Notes: generated by a model from the sequence alone, not told the origin. Shown: positions 8,462 through 18,178, counted from the stretch's first letter. The stretch: 64,000 bases of DNA from Verrucomicrobiia bacterium (GCA_035489575.1 DATHJY010000013.1:155346-219345); one strand, 5' to 3'. A program made the numbers and translations.

Positions 8462-9511
8462 CTACATCGAGGCGGCGATGCGGAGGAGTTGGTCGCTATT
8501 TAATGAGGAGTTGCCCTCTATTTGGTACCAGACGCCTTCATCTACCCAAGTGGCGTTGCTGCCATCGTATATATAAATGGTCCGCTCGCCATCCTGAAAA
8601 GTCTGATAAGCGCGGCGATCACTGGCAACGTATTCCTCGCGCAAAGTCTCGGTATTCCATTCGGATGTCTTCTGGCTTACCCGGAATCCCCGAGTATCAG
8701 AGTTTGACTTGTAGCTAATAGTAATTTGGCCAGGCTTGTACTGAATAGGACCATTCATACCAAAGCCAGCCGGCTGGTAGGCGGGCAGGCTGCCTTGTAC
8801 GCCAGCACGGGCAGTGGCCACTCGCATAGCTAGATTGGGCACGTTCTGAAAGGCAATAAAGCCTGCCAGTAGAACAGTCGCCAAACTGGCTGCTGCTATA
8901 TTGGTTGTTTTGCTGCTGACACGCAGTCTGTGCGCAACTTTTTGCCGCTTAGATAATTTCTTGTGCTTGGGCTGGGTGTGGCTGGTAGCTTGCTCTATAG
9001 CTTTTTCCAGAGACAAGGGTTGCAGATTAGAACCAAAAACTTCGTGGTGCTGGGTGAGGGGGCTGATAGGCGGTGCCGTTGGCTCTGGCTGCACAGGCAA
9101 AACAGATGTGGTTGGGGTTATGGGTGCATGTACGCCAAACCGGCTCACCATGTGGCTCTTGCTAATAGTGGTGGTGCGCGAATGTCGGCCGGGATCTATG
9201 TCCAGGTGCGGAGTAACGTGACGCTTTACACGCATGCGCTCGGGCCCGGCCTTTGGCGTGGTCGGTTTTTTGACCGCGTGACGCATGAGGGTCTTAGATT
9301 TTTCGGTCCTTTGGTGTACTTTTTTGGCGGGTGTTTTGGCATGGGTGCGCTTGGCAAACCCATCTAGCACTACACCACTTTGTTGGGCGAGCGGTTTTAC
9401 GTAGGTCTTATTGCCGCTCGTGACTGTCTCTTGAGCCGACATTAATTTGCCGGTCCGAGCATCGTAGTGCCGACCATTCAACTGGATAGTGTTTTGTTTG
9501 GCAGAACCCAT
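8462..9511 (-). CDS. membrane-anchored hypothetical protein
   Basis: Basic/proline-rich N-terminal half, one TM segment (AAASLATVLLAGFIAF), and a globular C-terminal domain. Start ambiguous (ATG 9511 or TTG 9532). Confidence 0.6.
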   Translation of the reverse strand: MGSAKQNTIQLNGRHYDARTGKLMSAQETVTSGNKTYVKPLAQQSGVVLDGFAKRTHAKTPAKKVHQRTEKSKTLMRHAVKKPTTPKAGPERMRVKRHVTPHLDIDPGRHSRTTTISKSHMVSRFGVHAPITPTTSVLPVQPEPTAPPISPLTQHHEVFGSNLQPLSLEKAIEQATSHTQPKHKKLSKRQKVAHRLRVSSKTTNIAAASLATVLLAGFIAFQNVPNLAMRVATARAGVQGSLPAYQPAGFGMNGPIQYKPGQITISYKSNSDTRGFRVSQKTSEWNTETLREEYVASDRRAYQTFQDGERTIYIYDGSNATWVDEGVWYQIEGNSSLNSDQLLRIAASM

Positions 9512-9723
9512 CTTATTTGTTTGTACCCTCAAAGATTTCCGAAAAAAGCTTTTGCTTCATTTATCTTAACCCTTGATCAGGGTTTTCGCAAATGAATGGA
9601 ACGGAAGGAGCTCAGAGCCTATTCCAGATCTCGCTTTCGATACCAAAATCGATACATTCCGGGCGGTTTTGGGGCAAAATTGGAGATCTGGAATAGGTTC
9701 TGGAGTTATACTAGTGGTGGAAT

Positions 9724-11202
9724 ATGGATTTTCTCGACCCAAAAAAGAAAAAGGCCCACATCATACGACTGTACATCGGCTACTTTTTGATGGCCGTTGC
9801 CCTGAGTATCGGCACCCTTATCTTACTGTTTGAGGTATCAGGTTACGACTACGACCGCAAGACCGGCACCGTTATTCAAAATGGCCTGGTATTTGTAGAT
9901 GCTCACCCAGAGCAGGCCACCATTTTTATGAATGGCAAGCAGGAAGGCCAGACCGACACCAGACTGACCCTGCCAGCCAACAAATACGACTTCGAGCTCA
10001 AACGTGACGGCTACCGGACATGGCGCCGAACGCTACAGCTAGAGGGCGGCAGCATAGAACGCATGGTGTATCCGTTCTTGTTCCCTGAAAAGCTAGAGCC
10101 AAAAGACGTACAACTATATGGCAGCAGTCCCGGACTGGCCACCCAGAGCCCGGACCGCAAGTGGCTCTTGGTCCAAAAACCCGCCACCCTCACGTCTTTC
10201 GACATAGTAGACCTTGGCAATAGCGCCAACCCCGCCACCACGCTGACACTGCCAGACACACTTTTTGCAGCGGCCAGCGGCGACCACAAGCTGGAGGCAG
10301 TAGAGTGGTCTACCGACAACCGACACGTATTGGTCAAGCATGTCTACGCCGGTGGGCCAGAATTTGTCATGGTAGACCGCGAACAACCAGCCACCAGCTT
10401 CAACATAAACAAAACATTTAACCTAGCGCTGAGCGACGTCGCGTTGCGTGACAAAAAGTTTGATCAGTTCCATTTGCTAGAAAAAAGCGGTGGCATCTTG
10501 CGGCATGGCGACGCCAAATCTGCCCAGCTAACTCTGCTAGCCAACAGAGTGCTGGTCTTCAAGTCATACGGCGACGACACACTTGTCTACGTTACAGAAG
10601 AAGGCGCTGCGGTCGGCAAGACCGTGGTCCAGCTACGCAAGGGCAACGACAGCTACAAACTACGAGAACTACCAAAAGGTGATATCAACGTAGTAGACGT
10701 CAGCCGGTTCGACGACCGGTGGTATGTGGCTGCCGGCACCAGTGCCGAGAACAAGGTCTATGTCTACGAACAACCCTTTGAGGCGCTGATTCAACAAAAA
10801 GACAGAGCCCTGGCACCCGTCGCCGTACTGAAGCTAGACAAACTAGAATATCTGTCAGTATCGGCCAACAGTCGATTTATTGGCGCGCAGGGCGGCAGTA
10901 ACTTTGCGGTATACGACTCCGAGCACGACCGCACCTATCACTACGATACCAAGCTGCCCCTGACACCCGGCTACAAGGCCCGTTGGATGGATGGCCACCG
11001 CTACATGGTAGTCTCCGAGGGACAGGTGGCAGTCTTTGATTTTGACGGTATCAACATACAAAAGCTAAACCCTTCAGACGCCGCCTTCTTGCCATTCTTT
11101 GATAGAGATTATGACTTCTTATACAGCATAGGTCCGTCGGTGACAGTCCAGGGCAAGCCGGCGTTACTGAGAGCTCCCATGCGAATCTCTTCGGATCAGT
11201 AG
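9724..11202 (+). CDS. PEGA-domain membrane protein
   Basis: N-terminal TM segment, then a PEGA-like block (HPEQATIFMNGKQEGQTDTRLTLPANKYDFELKRDGY), then a long beta-rich region. Confidence 0.65.
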   Translation: MDFLDPKKKKAHIIRLYIGYFLMAVALSIGTLILLFEVSGYDYDRKTGTVIQNGLVFVDAHPEQATIFMNGKQEGQTDTRLTLPANKYDFELKRDGYRTWRRTLQLEGGSIERMVYPFLFPEKLEPKDVQLYGSSPGLATQSPDRKWLLVQKPATLTSFDIVDLGNSANPATTLTLPDTLFAAASGDHKLEAVEWSTDNRHVLVKHVYAGGPEFVMVDREQPATSFNINKTFNLALSDVALRDKKFDQFHLLEKSGGILRHGDAKSAQLTLLANRVLVFKSYGDDTLVYVTEEGAAVGKTVVQLRKGNDSYKLRELPKGDINVVDVSRFDDRWYVAAGTSAENKVYVYEQPFEALIQQKDRALAPVAVLKLDKLEYLSVSANSRFIGAQGGSNFAVYDSEHDRTYHYDTKLPLTPGYKARWMDGHRYMVVSEGQVAVFDFDGINIQKLNPSDAAFLPFFDRDYDFLYSIGPSVTVQGKPALLRAPMRISSDQ

Positions 11203-11236
11203 CAAATCTACCTCTGTTTTCGTATAATCAACCAAT

Positions 11237-12661
11237 ATGACAGTTAGAACCAGGTTTGCCCCCAGCCCCACGGGCTATATGCATGTCGGTGGTGTACGTA
11301 CCGCTCTGTTCGCGTGGCTGATCGCCAAGCAGAACAATGGCGTGTTTATGCTGCGGCTAGAAGATACCGACAAAATCCGCGAAGTCGAAGGCTCCGAACA
11401 GCACATCATGGAATCACTCAGGTGGCTCGGCCTGGAATGGCAAGAGGGCATCGATATTGGTGGGGCCTATGGCCCTTACAAGCAGAGTGAACGGCTGGAT
11501 ACTTATAAGGAATGGGGCCAAAAGCTGGTGGACGCCGGCAGGGCCTACGGCGACCCCTATACAGCCGAAGAAGTACAAGCCTTTCGTGAGCAAGCCAAGA
11601 CCGCCAAAAAGCCATTCTTGTTCCGCGACCACCGACCAGATAACCCACCCACGTGGGATGGCAGTCAACCCCTCCGGTTCAAGTCCCAGCCCAAAGCTTA
11701 CACCTGGCATGACGCTGTCATGGGAGATTTGTCGGCCGGCGACGAAGCCGTGGACGACTTTATCCTCATAAAATCAGACGGCTATCCAACTTATAACTTT
11801 TGCCATATCATTGACGACCTCCTGATGGAGATCACCCACATCATCCGCTCGCAAGAGTTTATTGCCAGTGTCCCCAAGTATTTAAATTTGTACGAAGCCC
11901 TGGATATCAAACCGCCGGTGTTGGCCACCGTTCCTATGGTTATGGGGCCAGACGGCAAGAAAAAACTCAGCAAGCGTGACGGCGCCAAAGATATCCTGGA
12001 TTACGCCAAGGAAGGCTATCTGCCAGAAGCCCTTATCAATTTTATGGCTACCCTGGGTTGGAACGACGGTACCGAGCAAGAGATCTTTACCGCAGACGAA
12101 CTTATTCAAAAGTTCAGCCTAGAACGGGTCCAAAAGGGCGGTGCCCATTTTGATGATCAGCGGCTGATTTGGCTAAACGGCGCGCATATCAGAAAGCTGG
12201 AACTGGACGATCTGTACCAAAAGGTCAAAGACTTTTGGCCACCAGAAGCCAAAGACTATGATGATGTTCATAAAAAACAGGTGCTTGGGCTGGTACAAGA
12301 ACGCCTAAAATACTTTGCCGAGCTGCCAGACCTAACCCGATTCTTCTTTACAGACCTACCACTCAATCCGGCACTTATCAGCGAGCACAAGCAGCTGAAA
12401 AAGCTAGAGAAAGAAACACTCAAAACGCTATTAGAAACTGCCCAAACTCAACTAGAGCAAAGCGATTTTAGCGTGGACGACCTGACCACACGCCTGAACG
12501 AACTGTTGGCCGCAACCGACACCAAACCAGCCGTGTTATTCAGCCTGGTCCGTATTGCCACTACCCAGGCCCCGGCCAGCCCCGGCCTGGCAGAGACCCT
12601 GGCCGTCCTGGGCAAAGAGGTTAGTCTGCGCCGCCTGCAAACTCAGCTTGCAGCCCTCTAG
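11237..12661 (+). CDS. gltX: glutamate--tRNA ligase
   Basis: RFAPSPTGYMHVGG (HIGH motif), KLSKRDG (KMSKS motif), 474 aa. Confidence 0.95.
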   Translation: MTVRTRFAPSPTGYMHVGGVRTALFAWLIAKQNNGVFMLRLEDTDKIREVEGSEQHIMESLRWLGLEWQEGIDIGGAYGPYKQSERLDTYKEWGQKLVDAGRAYGDPYTAEEVQAFREQAKTAKKPFLFRDHRPDNPPTWDGSQPLRFKSQPKAYTWHDAVMGDLSAGDEAVDDFILIKSDGYPTYNFCHIIDDLLMEITHIIRSQEFIASVPKYLNLYEALDIKPPVLATVPMVMGPDGKKKLSKRDGAKDILDYAKEGYLPEALINFMATLGWNDGTEQEIFTADELIQKFSLERVQKGGAHFDDQRLIWLNGAHIRKLELDDLYQKVKDFWPPEAKDYDDVHKKQVLGLVQERLKYFAELPDLTRFFFTDLPLNPALISEHKQLKKLEKETLKTLLETAQTQLEQSDFSVDDLTTRLNELLAATDTKPAVLFSLVRIATTQAPASPGLAETLAVLGKEVSLRRLQTQLAAL

Positions 12662-12688
12662 CTTCCCGCGCATAGGATGCCTAACTCT

Positions 12689-12745
12689 CTATCGTTTCGC
12701 TGCTATTACAGCTCATCAGCACAATTATTACTTTGTGGACGATAG
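12689..12745 (-). ncRNA. hammerhead ribozyme, type III (HHR-4)
   Basis: Minus-strand RNA: CUAUCGUC|CACAA-AGUAAUAA-UUGUG-CUGAUGA-GCUG-UAAUAG-CAGC-GAAA-CGAUAG. Stem III is 7 bp (12739-12745 with 12689-12695), C17 is at 12738, and the core is intact. It lies 104 nt 3' of the stop of ORF 12850-14094. Confidence 0.85.
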
Positions 12746-12849
12746 TGGCGGGTGGCCGTGAGAGGGGTGCCAAAAAAGGCAACAATCTCAGAGGACCACC
12801 CACCGTGGTAGTTGTTGACCGTCATACCAGGACGGCTAGGGGAGAGGAC

Positions 12850-14094
12850 TCAGCGGGCGTAGGGCTTGCAGACCCGGTGCCTGGTCTCTTGGAAGATCAT
12901 GCGGTAGGTCCTCTTCCGGGGTGGGCCGCCAGGACGCGAACACGACAGCAGCTCCACAGCCGCACGGGTCTGCTTGACCTGCTCACGCCGCTTCTCCTCG
13001 TCACGCTGGGCGCGAGTCTGGCGACGATCCCGCCGGCCTTCGACGATCCGCTCGTACACCTTGCCGAACACGGGAATGCCGCTGACAGCGCCCGCGAACA
13101 GAGCCAGTCCGGCAATGATGCCCAGAAGGACCAGCGGCACCAGGTGCAACAGCAGGCTCACGCCCAAGCATTCCCACCAGCTCCAGCCGAGCCAGTGCAC
13201 AACTCGCTCGTTCTCGGTCACGTGCCAGCTGCTGATCCCCAAGATGATCAGGGCAACCGCCAGCGGCGACAGGGGGTTCAGGGGCAACCGCCAGGCGGGC
13301 AAGCGACGACCCTCTCTGTCGAACCACCAGATGGAGTTGTCGGCCTGCTCGCTGACGTGCCGGATCCGATAGCGCAAGGGGTGGGCAAAGCTCTTGTACT
13401 GCAGGTCGCGCAAGCCCAGCGCAAGCCCGAAAACGACCTGGAGGGTCCGCAACAGGTAGGCCCATGGAAAGTACAGCGGGGCGTAGAGGCCCAGCAGGAT
13501 CATGCGGGCACGGCCCTTGCACTGATCGAACGCCGCGTCGTCCACGAACTTGCCGGTGTAGTCCCGGAACCACTGGGGCAACGGCTTGGCGAACATCTCC
13601 TCCGGCACCACCATGGTGATCTCGTCGAAGACCTCGTACAACAGACAGGCCTCTCGGTTGCCACGGTCATGCCGTCGCACTCGTCGAAGCTCGCCGTCGT
13701 AGTTGTCGAACACGACTCCCGGGCGGAAGACATCACCAAGGCGCCAGCTGCCGTGACCTTCATCATTCCAGATCACAGTGGCACTGATGGCGTTGTTGCC
13801 CGGCCGCGAGCAGGACACATACTGCTGGCCTTCGCTGAACGGCACGATGTACTGCTTGGTCACGCTGGAGTAGAGACGCCTCTCCTCGCCATCTCTCTGG
13901 GTGACCGAGTATGGCCGCACCATGATGAGGACGAAGGGGTTGACGATCTCGTGGTGATCCACCAGATCCTGCAGCTCGGAGGTCGGAGCACACCACGTCA
14001 CTTTGACGTTGGCTTCACTCGTCCCATCCTCGTGTATCACCGCACTGAGCTGCAACGGCTCTTGCCGCTCGGTGGGAGTAACGGTGTCAGTCAC
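12850..14094 (-). CDS. hypothetical membrane protein (high-GC island I2)
   Basis: 414-aa ORF with a GTG start preceded by GGAGG at a 7-nt spacing. Soluble N-terminal half, several TM segments, basic C-terminal tail. GC3-rich; the + strand 474-aa ORF is a shadow ORF. Confidence 0.7.
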   Translation of the reverse strand: MTDTVTPTERQEPLQLSAVIHEDGTSEANVKVTWCAPTSELQDLVDHHEIVNPFVLIMVRPYSVTQRDGEERRLYSSVTKQYIVPFSEGQQYVSCSRPGNNAISATVIWNDEGHGSWRLGDVFRPGVVFDNYDGELRRVRRHDRGNREACLLYEVFDEITMVVPEEMFAKPLPQWFRDYTGKFVDDAAFDQCKGRARMILLGLYAPLYFPWAYLLRTLQVVFGLALGLRDLQYKSFAHPLRYRIRHVSEQADNSIWWFDREGRRLPAWRLPLNPLSPLAVALIILGISSWHVTENERVVHWLGWSWWECLGVSLLLHLVPLVLLGIIAGLALFAGAVSGIPVFGKVYERIVEGRRDRRQTRAQRDEEKRREQVKQTRAAVELLSCSRPGGPPRKRTYRMIFQETRHRVCKPYAR

Positions 14095-14237
14095 CGTGTA
14101 ACCTCCATAGGTAAAAGAGCAACGAGACGATCTCGTTACTACGCTACTATATCCTAAAGTGGCTGGAGTTTCTACTTTATTCTCTAGCCCGTGTAAGTAG
14201 GCTGGCTGCAGTTGACATCCACGTCATCCACATCTAT

Positions 14238-14438
14238 CTAGTCAGAAGGGCTGAGTCCGTGCCTCTCGTTGGCAGCCCGAACATCAGCAAGCAACTGAAC
14301 CGCTTCGTCCTCAAGGTAGGCAGCGGTATCTTCTAGACATGCCGTTCTGGCCAAGACAGTCAGTGTTTGGTCATCAAGTTTACGCAACGTTTCGTCGGGC
14401 GTATCAAACTGGGCCTCGAAAGCATCCATATTATCCAT
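14238..14438 (-). CDS. small acidic hypothetical protein, probably leaderless mRNA
   Basis: 66-aa ORF. Its ATG lies 7 nt downstream of a near-consensus -10 box. Confidence 0.5.
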   Translation of the reverse strand: MDNMDAFEAQFDTPDETLRKLDDQTLTVLARTACLEDTAAYLEDEAVQLLADVRAANERHGLSPSD

Positions 14439-14445
14439 GAGGTAT

Positions 14446-14474
14446 ATAATACCACTATTTTACTAAATAGTCAA
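14446..14474 (-). promoter_or_regulatory. sigma70-type promoter TTGACT-17-TATTAT
   Basis: -35 at 14469-14474 and -10 at 14446-14451 (minus strand), 17-nt spacer. Confidence 0.5.
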
Positions 14475-14478
14475 TATC

Positions 14479-17415
14479 TTATCTGAGGCGAATGACTGTT
14501 TCGTCGCCACTCGTCGTGGAGGGCTTTGGGGGCTCTGGCGTGGGCTTGTCCGTCTTGGGAGCAGGAGTTTCAGATCTCCGAGGCTCGGCAGGCTTGGGGG
14601 CCGGCCTTTCTTCGCCTCTTTCTCTTGGCTGGCGGTTGCCAGTGCGATCGGATTGCTCGGTAGACACGCCGGGTTTTTTGCGACGTCGGCTGCGCGTTCG
14701 TTTGCGCTTGGGCCTATCAGCCTCTTCACTGGCTGGCGCCAGAGGCGGTACGGGTATAGGCTTAGGCTCTGGTTTGGGTTTTTCCGGGGGCGCTGCAGGT
14801 CTGGGTGCTTCAGCGGGGGCTGGTACAGCAGGTGCAGCTGCTTCAGATGCAGGCTTGGGCTGTGCCATGTGCGTCACGGCTTTGCCGAGGTCTTTTACTT
14901 TAGTGACGGTATCTTTCACTTTCTTTTCTACTGGCCGAACGACGGCAGCTACTGCTGCTGGTGCAGCAGGTGCAGCCACGGGCTTATGTGCTGGCGTGGC
15001 AGGCTTGGGGGCCTGGTGAGCAGGCTTTGGATTGTTATTTGGATTATTAGCAGGCCTGGGCTTGTCCTGATGGTGACCTTTTGGCTTGGTGTTGGTCTGG
15101 ATGGCTTTTGCTATTTGTTCCGGCGTTAGGTAGCGTTCACGAACGTAATCTTCTATGTCGGATTTCTTATAAGCAAAGTTTTCACGGCTGGCAGCAATAA
15201 TCTGCTCGCTGTAGTCTTGATTCTGGGGCGGTAGTTCTAGCGAGGTGGCAGAGAAAGCCTGCACCTTTTCACCCTCTATGGTCATGCTGATAACAAAGTG
15301 ACGGTTATGCATGTGCACCAGGTCATGTTCTTCAAACTTTGGTTCGAAATACTTGGTCATAATACGCGAGTCGTCGGCACTCATACGGAAGCCAACTATA
15401 GAACCCACGTTGCCAAAGACAGCATCTTTGACTTCCATGCTCATCTGGGCAATGTACTGGTTGGCTACGGTCAGATTTAGGCCGTACTTACGAGCCTCGG
15501 ACAAGATGGTAGCAAACGAGTCAGTGGCAAAGTTCTGGAATTCGTCCACATACAGATAGAAAGGCACACGCTCGCTCAGGTCCATATCTGCCCGGGACAT
15601 AGCTGCCATCTGAATCTTGGTTACCAGCAGCGCACCTAGCAGGCTGGCGTTATCTTCGCCGATCAGGCCACGTGACAAGTTGACGATCAAAATCTTGCGC
15701 TCGTCCATGATCTTGCGGATATTAAAGCTGCTGTGCGGTTGGCCGATGATATTACGAACAGTAGGGTTGGCGGTAAAGGCACCTACTTTGTTCAGCACTG
15801 GCGCTACGGCCTCGGTGGCAAATTTGTCGTTCCAGCTGGCAAATTCTACATTCCAGAAGTTGACCACTACGGGGTCAGTCACGTGCTTTATAACGTCCTG
15901 GCGGAACTTTTTCTCTGTCAGCATGCGGGTGATATCCAACATGGTCGCTTCCGGGAACTCCACCAGCGCCAGCAGAGTGTAGCGCAAGATATATTCCAAA
16001 CGTGGACCCCATGACTCGAACATACGCTTGAGCACCCCAATCAGTTCCGACACAATGTGAGTACGCAAGTTGGGGTCAGAGACCTCTAGGGGGTTAAAGG
16101 CTACCGGGAAATTAGTATCAGAAGGGTTAAAATAAATAACGTCGTTCACCCGCGCCTCAGGGACGCGGCGCATGACGCTCAGGGCATAGTCACCATGAGG
16201 GTCAATAATCGCAAAGCCAAAGGGACTATAAATATCAGATATACTCAGTAGCTCGAGCAGACCAGACTTACCAACACCGGTCTGTCCAATAATATACAAG
16301 TGACGTCCACGGTCGTTCCGTGGCAGACCAAACATAGAGTTATGGCCCCTAAAGTTGGTGACAGCAACGGGGCTGATAGTGTCTCGGTTCTTCTCGTTTA
16401 CAATGGGCAGGATAGCCGGTGGTTCGGCCGTCTTGGCCCGAGCCCACAAAATATTCGGCGTCTCTACGTTGGTATGGGGCAGGTGATACAAGCTGGCAAC
16501 TTCTTCGATGTTACAGACAAACCCCCGGCGGCCAACAGTGCGCGCCCGATACAACTCGACATACCGAGGGTCCTCACCCAAATACTTGGCCGTAAAACCG
16601 TTCAGGTAGGTGGTGTTGAACTGTTTGAAGCTGGCAGTAATAGCCTGAATACGCATACGGGCCTGGGGCGCACTGGTGTTGCCACGGTAAATCAACCGCA
16701 CGGCAGTTTCGTAGGCTAGCTTGTGGCTTTTGGCTTCGGCCGCACTGGCCCGGGCTGTTTCGTGCTCGGCCAGCTTGGGCGCGCTGCCACCACCGCCACC
16801 CTCACCGGGCGGTTCCCACAGTACTTTGATCATGCCAAACCCCATAGGCCCGGCGCCGCCGCCACGAATACCGGCTACGTATGATTCGCTTCGTTTATGC
16901 CAGTTGGAAGGGGCGGGGCGTATCACCACCTGCAACCAGGCCTCTTCGTCTTCGTCAAACTGGGCCAGGGCAGCTGTTATGGCCGCCAGAGGATCAACCT
17001 CGAAGCTCGGAAAGGTCTTGATAGGCAAAGCCTCGTTGGCAGTAAACTTTATCTCTGCTGCTGCCTGGACAACCACCTGGGCGTCGGCCGTGTGGGTATA
17101 ATCATCAACTTCGGCAATGTGCACGTCTGGGTATTGGGCATAAATTTGTTCTTCGACAAAGCTCTTCAAATGTTCGGGCACCCAGATATAAAAGCCAATG
17201 CTTTTGTTTTGCACGGCAATCTCAAAACTCACCCGCTCGTGCACCTCTGTTTTGAAAAAAGAAGCCTGGGCTGTGGTTAATAAGCCATGCAAGCTGGCAA
17301 ACATCTGCTCTGCGGCCAGTTCCTTCTTTTCGTTGGTACGGGGGACTTGCAGCAGCAGGACGGTGCCAGGGTCGGTGGCGACGGGATTAGATAATTTTCC
17401 GAACAGTGAACCCAT
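14479..17415 (-). CDS. VirD4/TraG/TraD-like type IV coupling ATPase with low-complexity C-terminal tail
   Basis: Walker A GQTGVGKSG and a TraD/TraG C-terminal block (VDEFQNFATDSF...EARKYGLNLTVANQY). ATG 17415 is preceded by GGAGGGG. The last ~230 aa are Pro/Ala/Lys/Glu-rich. Confidence 0.8.
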   Translation of the reverse strand: MGSLFGKLSNPVATDPGTVLLLQVPRTNEKKELAAEQMFASLHGLLTTAQASFFKTEVHERVSFEIAVQNKSIGFYIWVPEHLKSFVEEQIYAQYPDVHIAEVDDYTHTADAQVVVQAAAEIKFTANEALPIKTFPSFEVDPLAAITAALAQFDEDEEAWLQVVIRPAPSNWHKRSESYVAGIRGGGAGPMGFGMIKVLWEPPGEGGGGGSAPKLAEHETARASAAEAKSHKLAYETAVRLIYRGNTSAPQARMRIQAITASFKQFNTTYLNGFTAKYLGEDPRYVELYRARTVGRRGFVCNIEEVASLYHLPHTNVETPNILWARAKTAEPPAILPIVNEKNRDTISPVAVTNFRGHNSMFGLPRNDRGRHLYIIGQTGVGKSGLLELLSISDIYSPFGFAIIDPHGDYALSVMRRVPEARVNDVIYFNPSDTNFPVAFNPLEVSDPNLRTHIVSELIGVLKRMFESWGPRLEYILRYTLLALVEFPEATMLDITRMLTEKKFRQDVIKHVTDPVVVNFWNVEFASWNDKFATEAVAPVLNKVGAFTANPTVRNIIGQPHSSFNIRKIMDERKILIVNLSRGLIGEDNASLLGALLVTKIQMAAMSRADMDLSERVPFYLYVDEFQNFATDSFATILSEARKYGLNLTVANQYIAQMSMEVKDAVFGNVGSIVGFRMSADDSRIMTKYFEPKFEEHDLVHMHNRHFVISMTIEGEKVQAFSATSLELPPQNQDYSEQIIAASRENFAYKKSDIEDYVRERYLTPEQIAKAIQTNTKPKGHHQDKPRPANNPNNNPKPAHQAPKPATPAHKPVAAPAAPAAVAAVVRPVEKKVKDTVTKVKDLGKAVTHMAQPKPASEAAAPAVPAPAEAPRPAAPPEKPKPEPKPIPVPPLAPASEEADRPKRKRTRSRRRKKPGVSTEQSDRTGNRQPRERGEERPAPKPAEPRRSETPAPKTDKPTPEPPKPSTTSGDETVIRLR

Positions 17416-17826
17416 CTTAAGCCACCCCTCCAGCCTCAGCCCGTTCTGACGGCACAACAAGGTCCCCACAAAATCTGTTTTGTGGGGTGTGTGCGCTTTG
17501 CCAGTCTTGCTTGTCGGCGTACCTACGGGTACGCCTTCGTACAAGAACTGACAAATCGTACTTATCAGAATAGGCTTTGCTTAACAGACGAGGGGCTTTA
17601 GGAGGATTCATAGACATATCAATTATACGGTGTTTTGTTTATGGTAACTACCGGAACACGCCAGAGGAGTGGGTTTCCGGGCAGCCAACACCTGAATACA
17701 CTGAGCCAAAAATGTATTTAGGTGTTGTCAGGAGAGAGGAGAATGCGCGAATGGGTGAAGGAGCCGTAGGGCCACAATGCACGCACCGCGCACCTCCTCG
17801 CTCCTGGGAGCTCATGTAGAAGTGGG

Positions 17827-18000
17827 TTAGCGCTCGGCAGAGTGACCGGGCACGATCAGGCCGAGGATCAGGAACACTGCGCCAACGATGATGGGGATAG
17901 CGACGACGGGAACATCGACGGAGTCAGTGTTGCCATCAGCAACGAGCTTGAGGGCCGTGAGGCAAGCCACGAAGGCAATGAAGTAGAGCAGAACTTTCAT
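17827..18000 (-). CDS. 57-aa hydrophobic peptide, 2 TM (high-GC island I3)
   Basis: MKVLLYFIAFVACLTALKLV...PVVAIPIIVGAVFLILGLIV; GC3-rich. It has its own promoter and a ~170-nt leader. Confidence 0.55.
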   Translation of the reverse strand: MKVLLYFIAFVACLTALKLVADGNTDSVDVPVVAIPIIVGAVFLILGLIVPGHSAER

Positions 18001-18178
18001 ATCCGCCGACCTTTCAAAGGTTGTCTGCAACGTGCAGCCCGATCGCTGGGGAGCGATTTCTTATCTTGCGATTGGGAGTAAGGGCACATTCATCTGGATG
18101 CACTTATATCCAATCACAAGTTCACTTCTTAGAACTTAAGGTGCGTTGTCCCTTTGCAGGGTACTAACACAGTAATAT

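Noticed and set aside
12733-14157. 474-aa plus-strand ORF, together with other long antisense ORFs inside high-GC islands (for example 252-845(-), 28719-29558(-), 43223-43870(-), 46547-47038(-), 50046-50591(-), 51707-52186(-)).
   Set aside because: These are shadow ORFs typical of GC3-rich sequence. Their translations are Arg/Gly/Pro/Ala-rich with no Shine-Dalgarno site or promoter. The opposite-strand ORFs have proper starts, Shine-Dalgarno sites and TM-segment patterns.
17800-17826. Possible decayed hammerhead or 3' modules next to islands that lack a ribozyme. CCCACUUC|UACA at 17805-17822(-) resembles the end of the 56-nt repeat fused to the HHR-3 cleavage site. The 9-mers tgtacccgc (25252-25260) and cccacacag (25277-25285) match the 5' flanks of HHR-1 and HHR-2. 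The 10-mer acttctacat is shared by 24313-24322 and 17814-17823(-).
   Set aside because: These are only 8-10-nt matches, each with an appreciable chance expectation in 128 kb of two-strand sequence. No core or stem II remnants were found.
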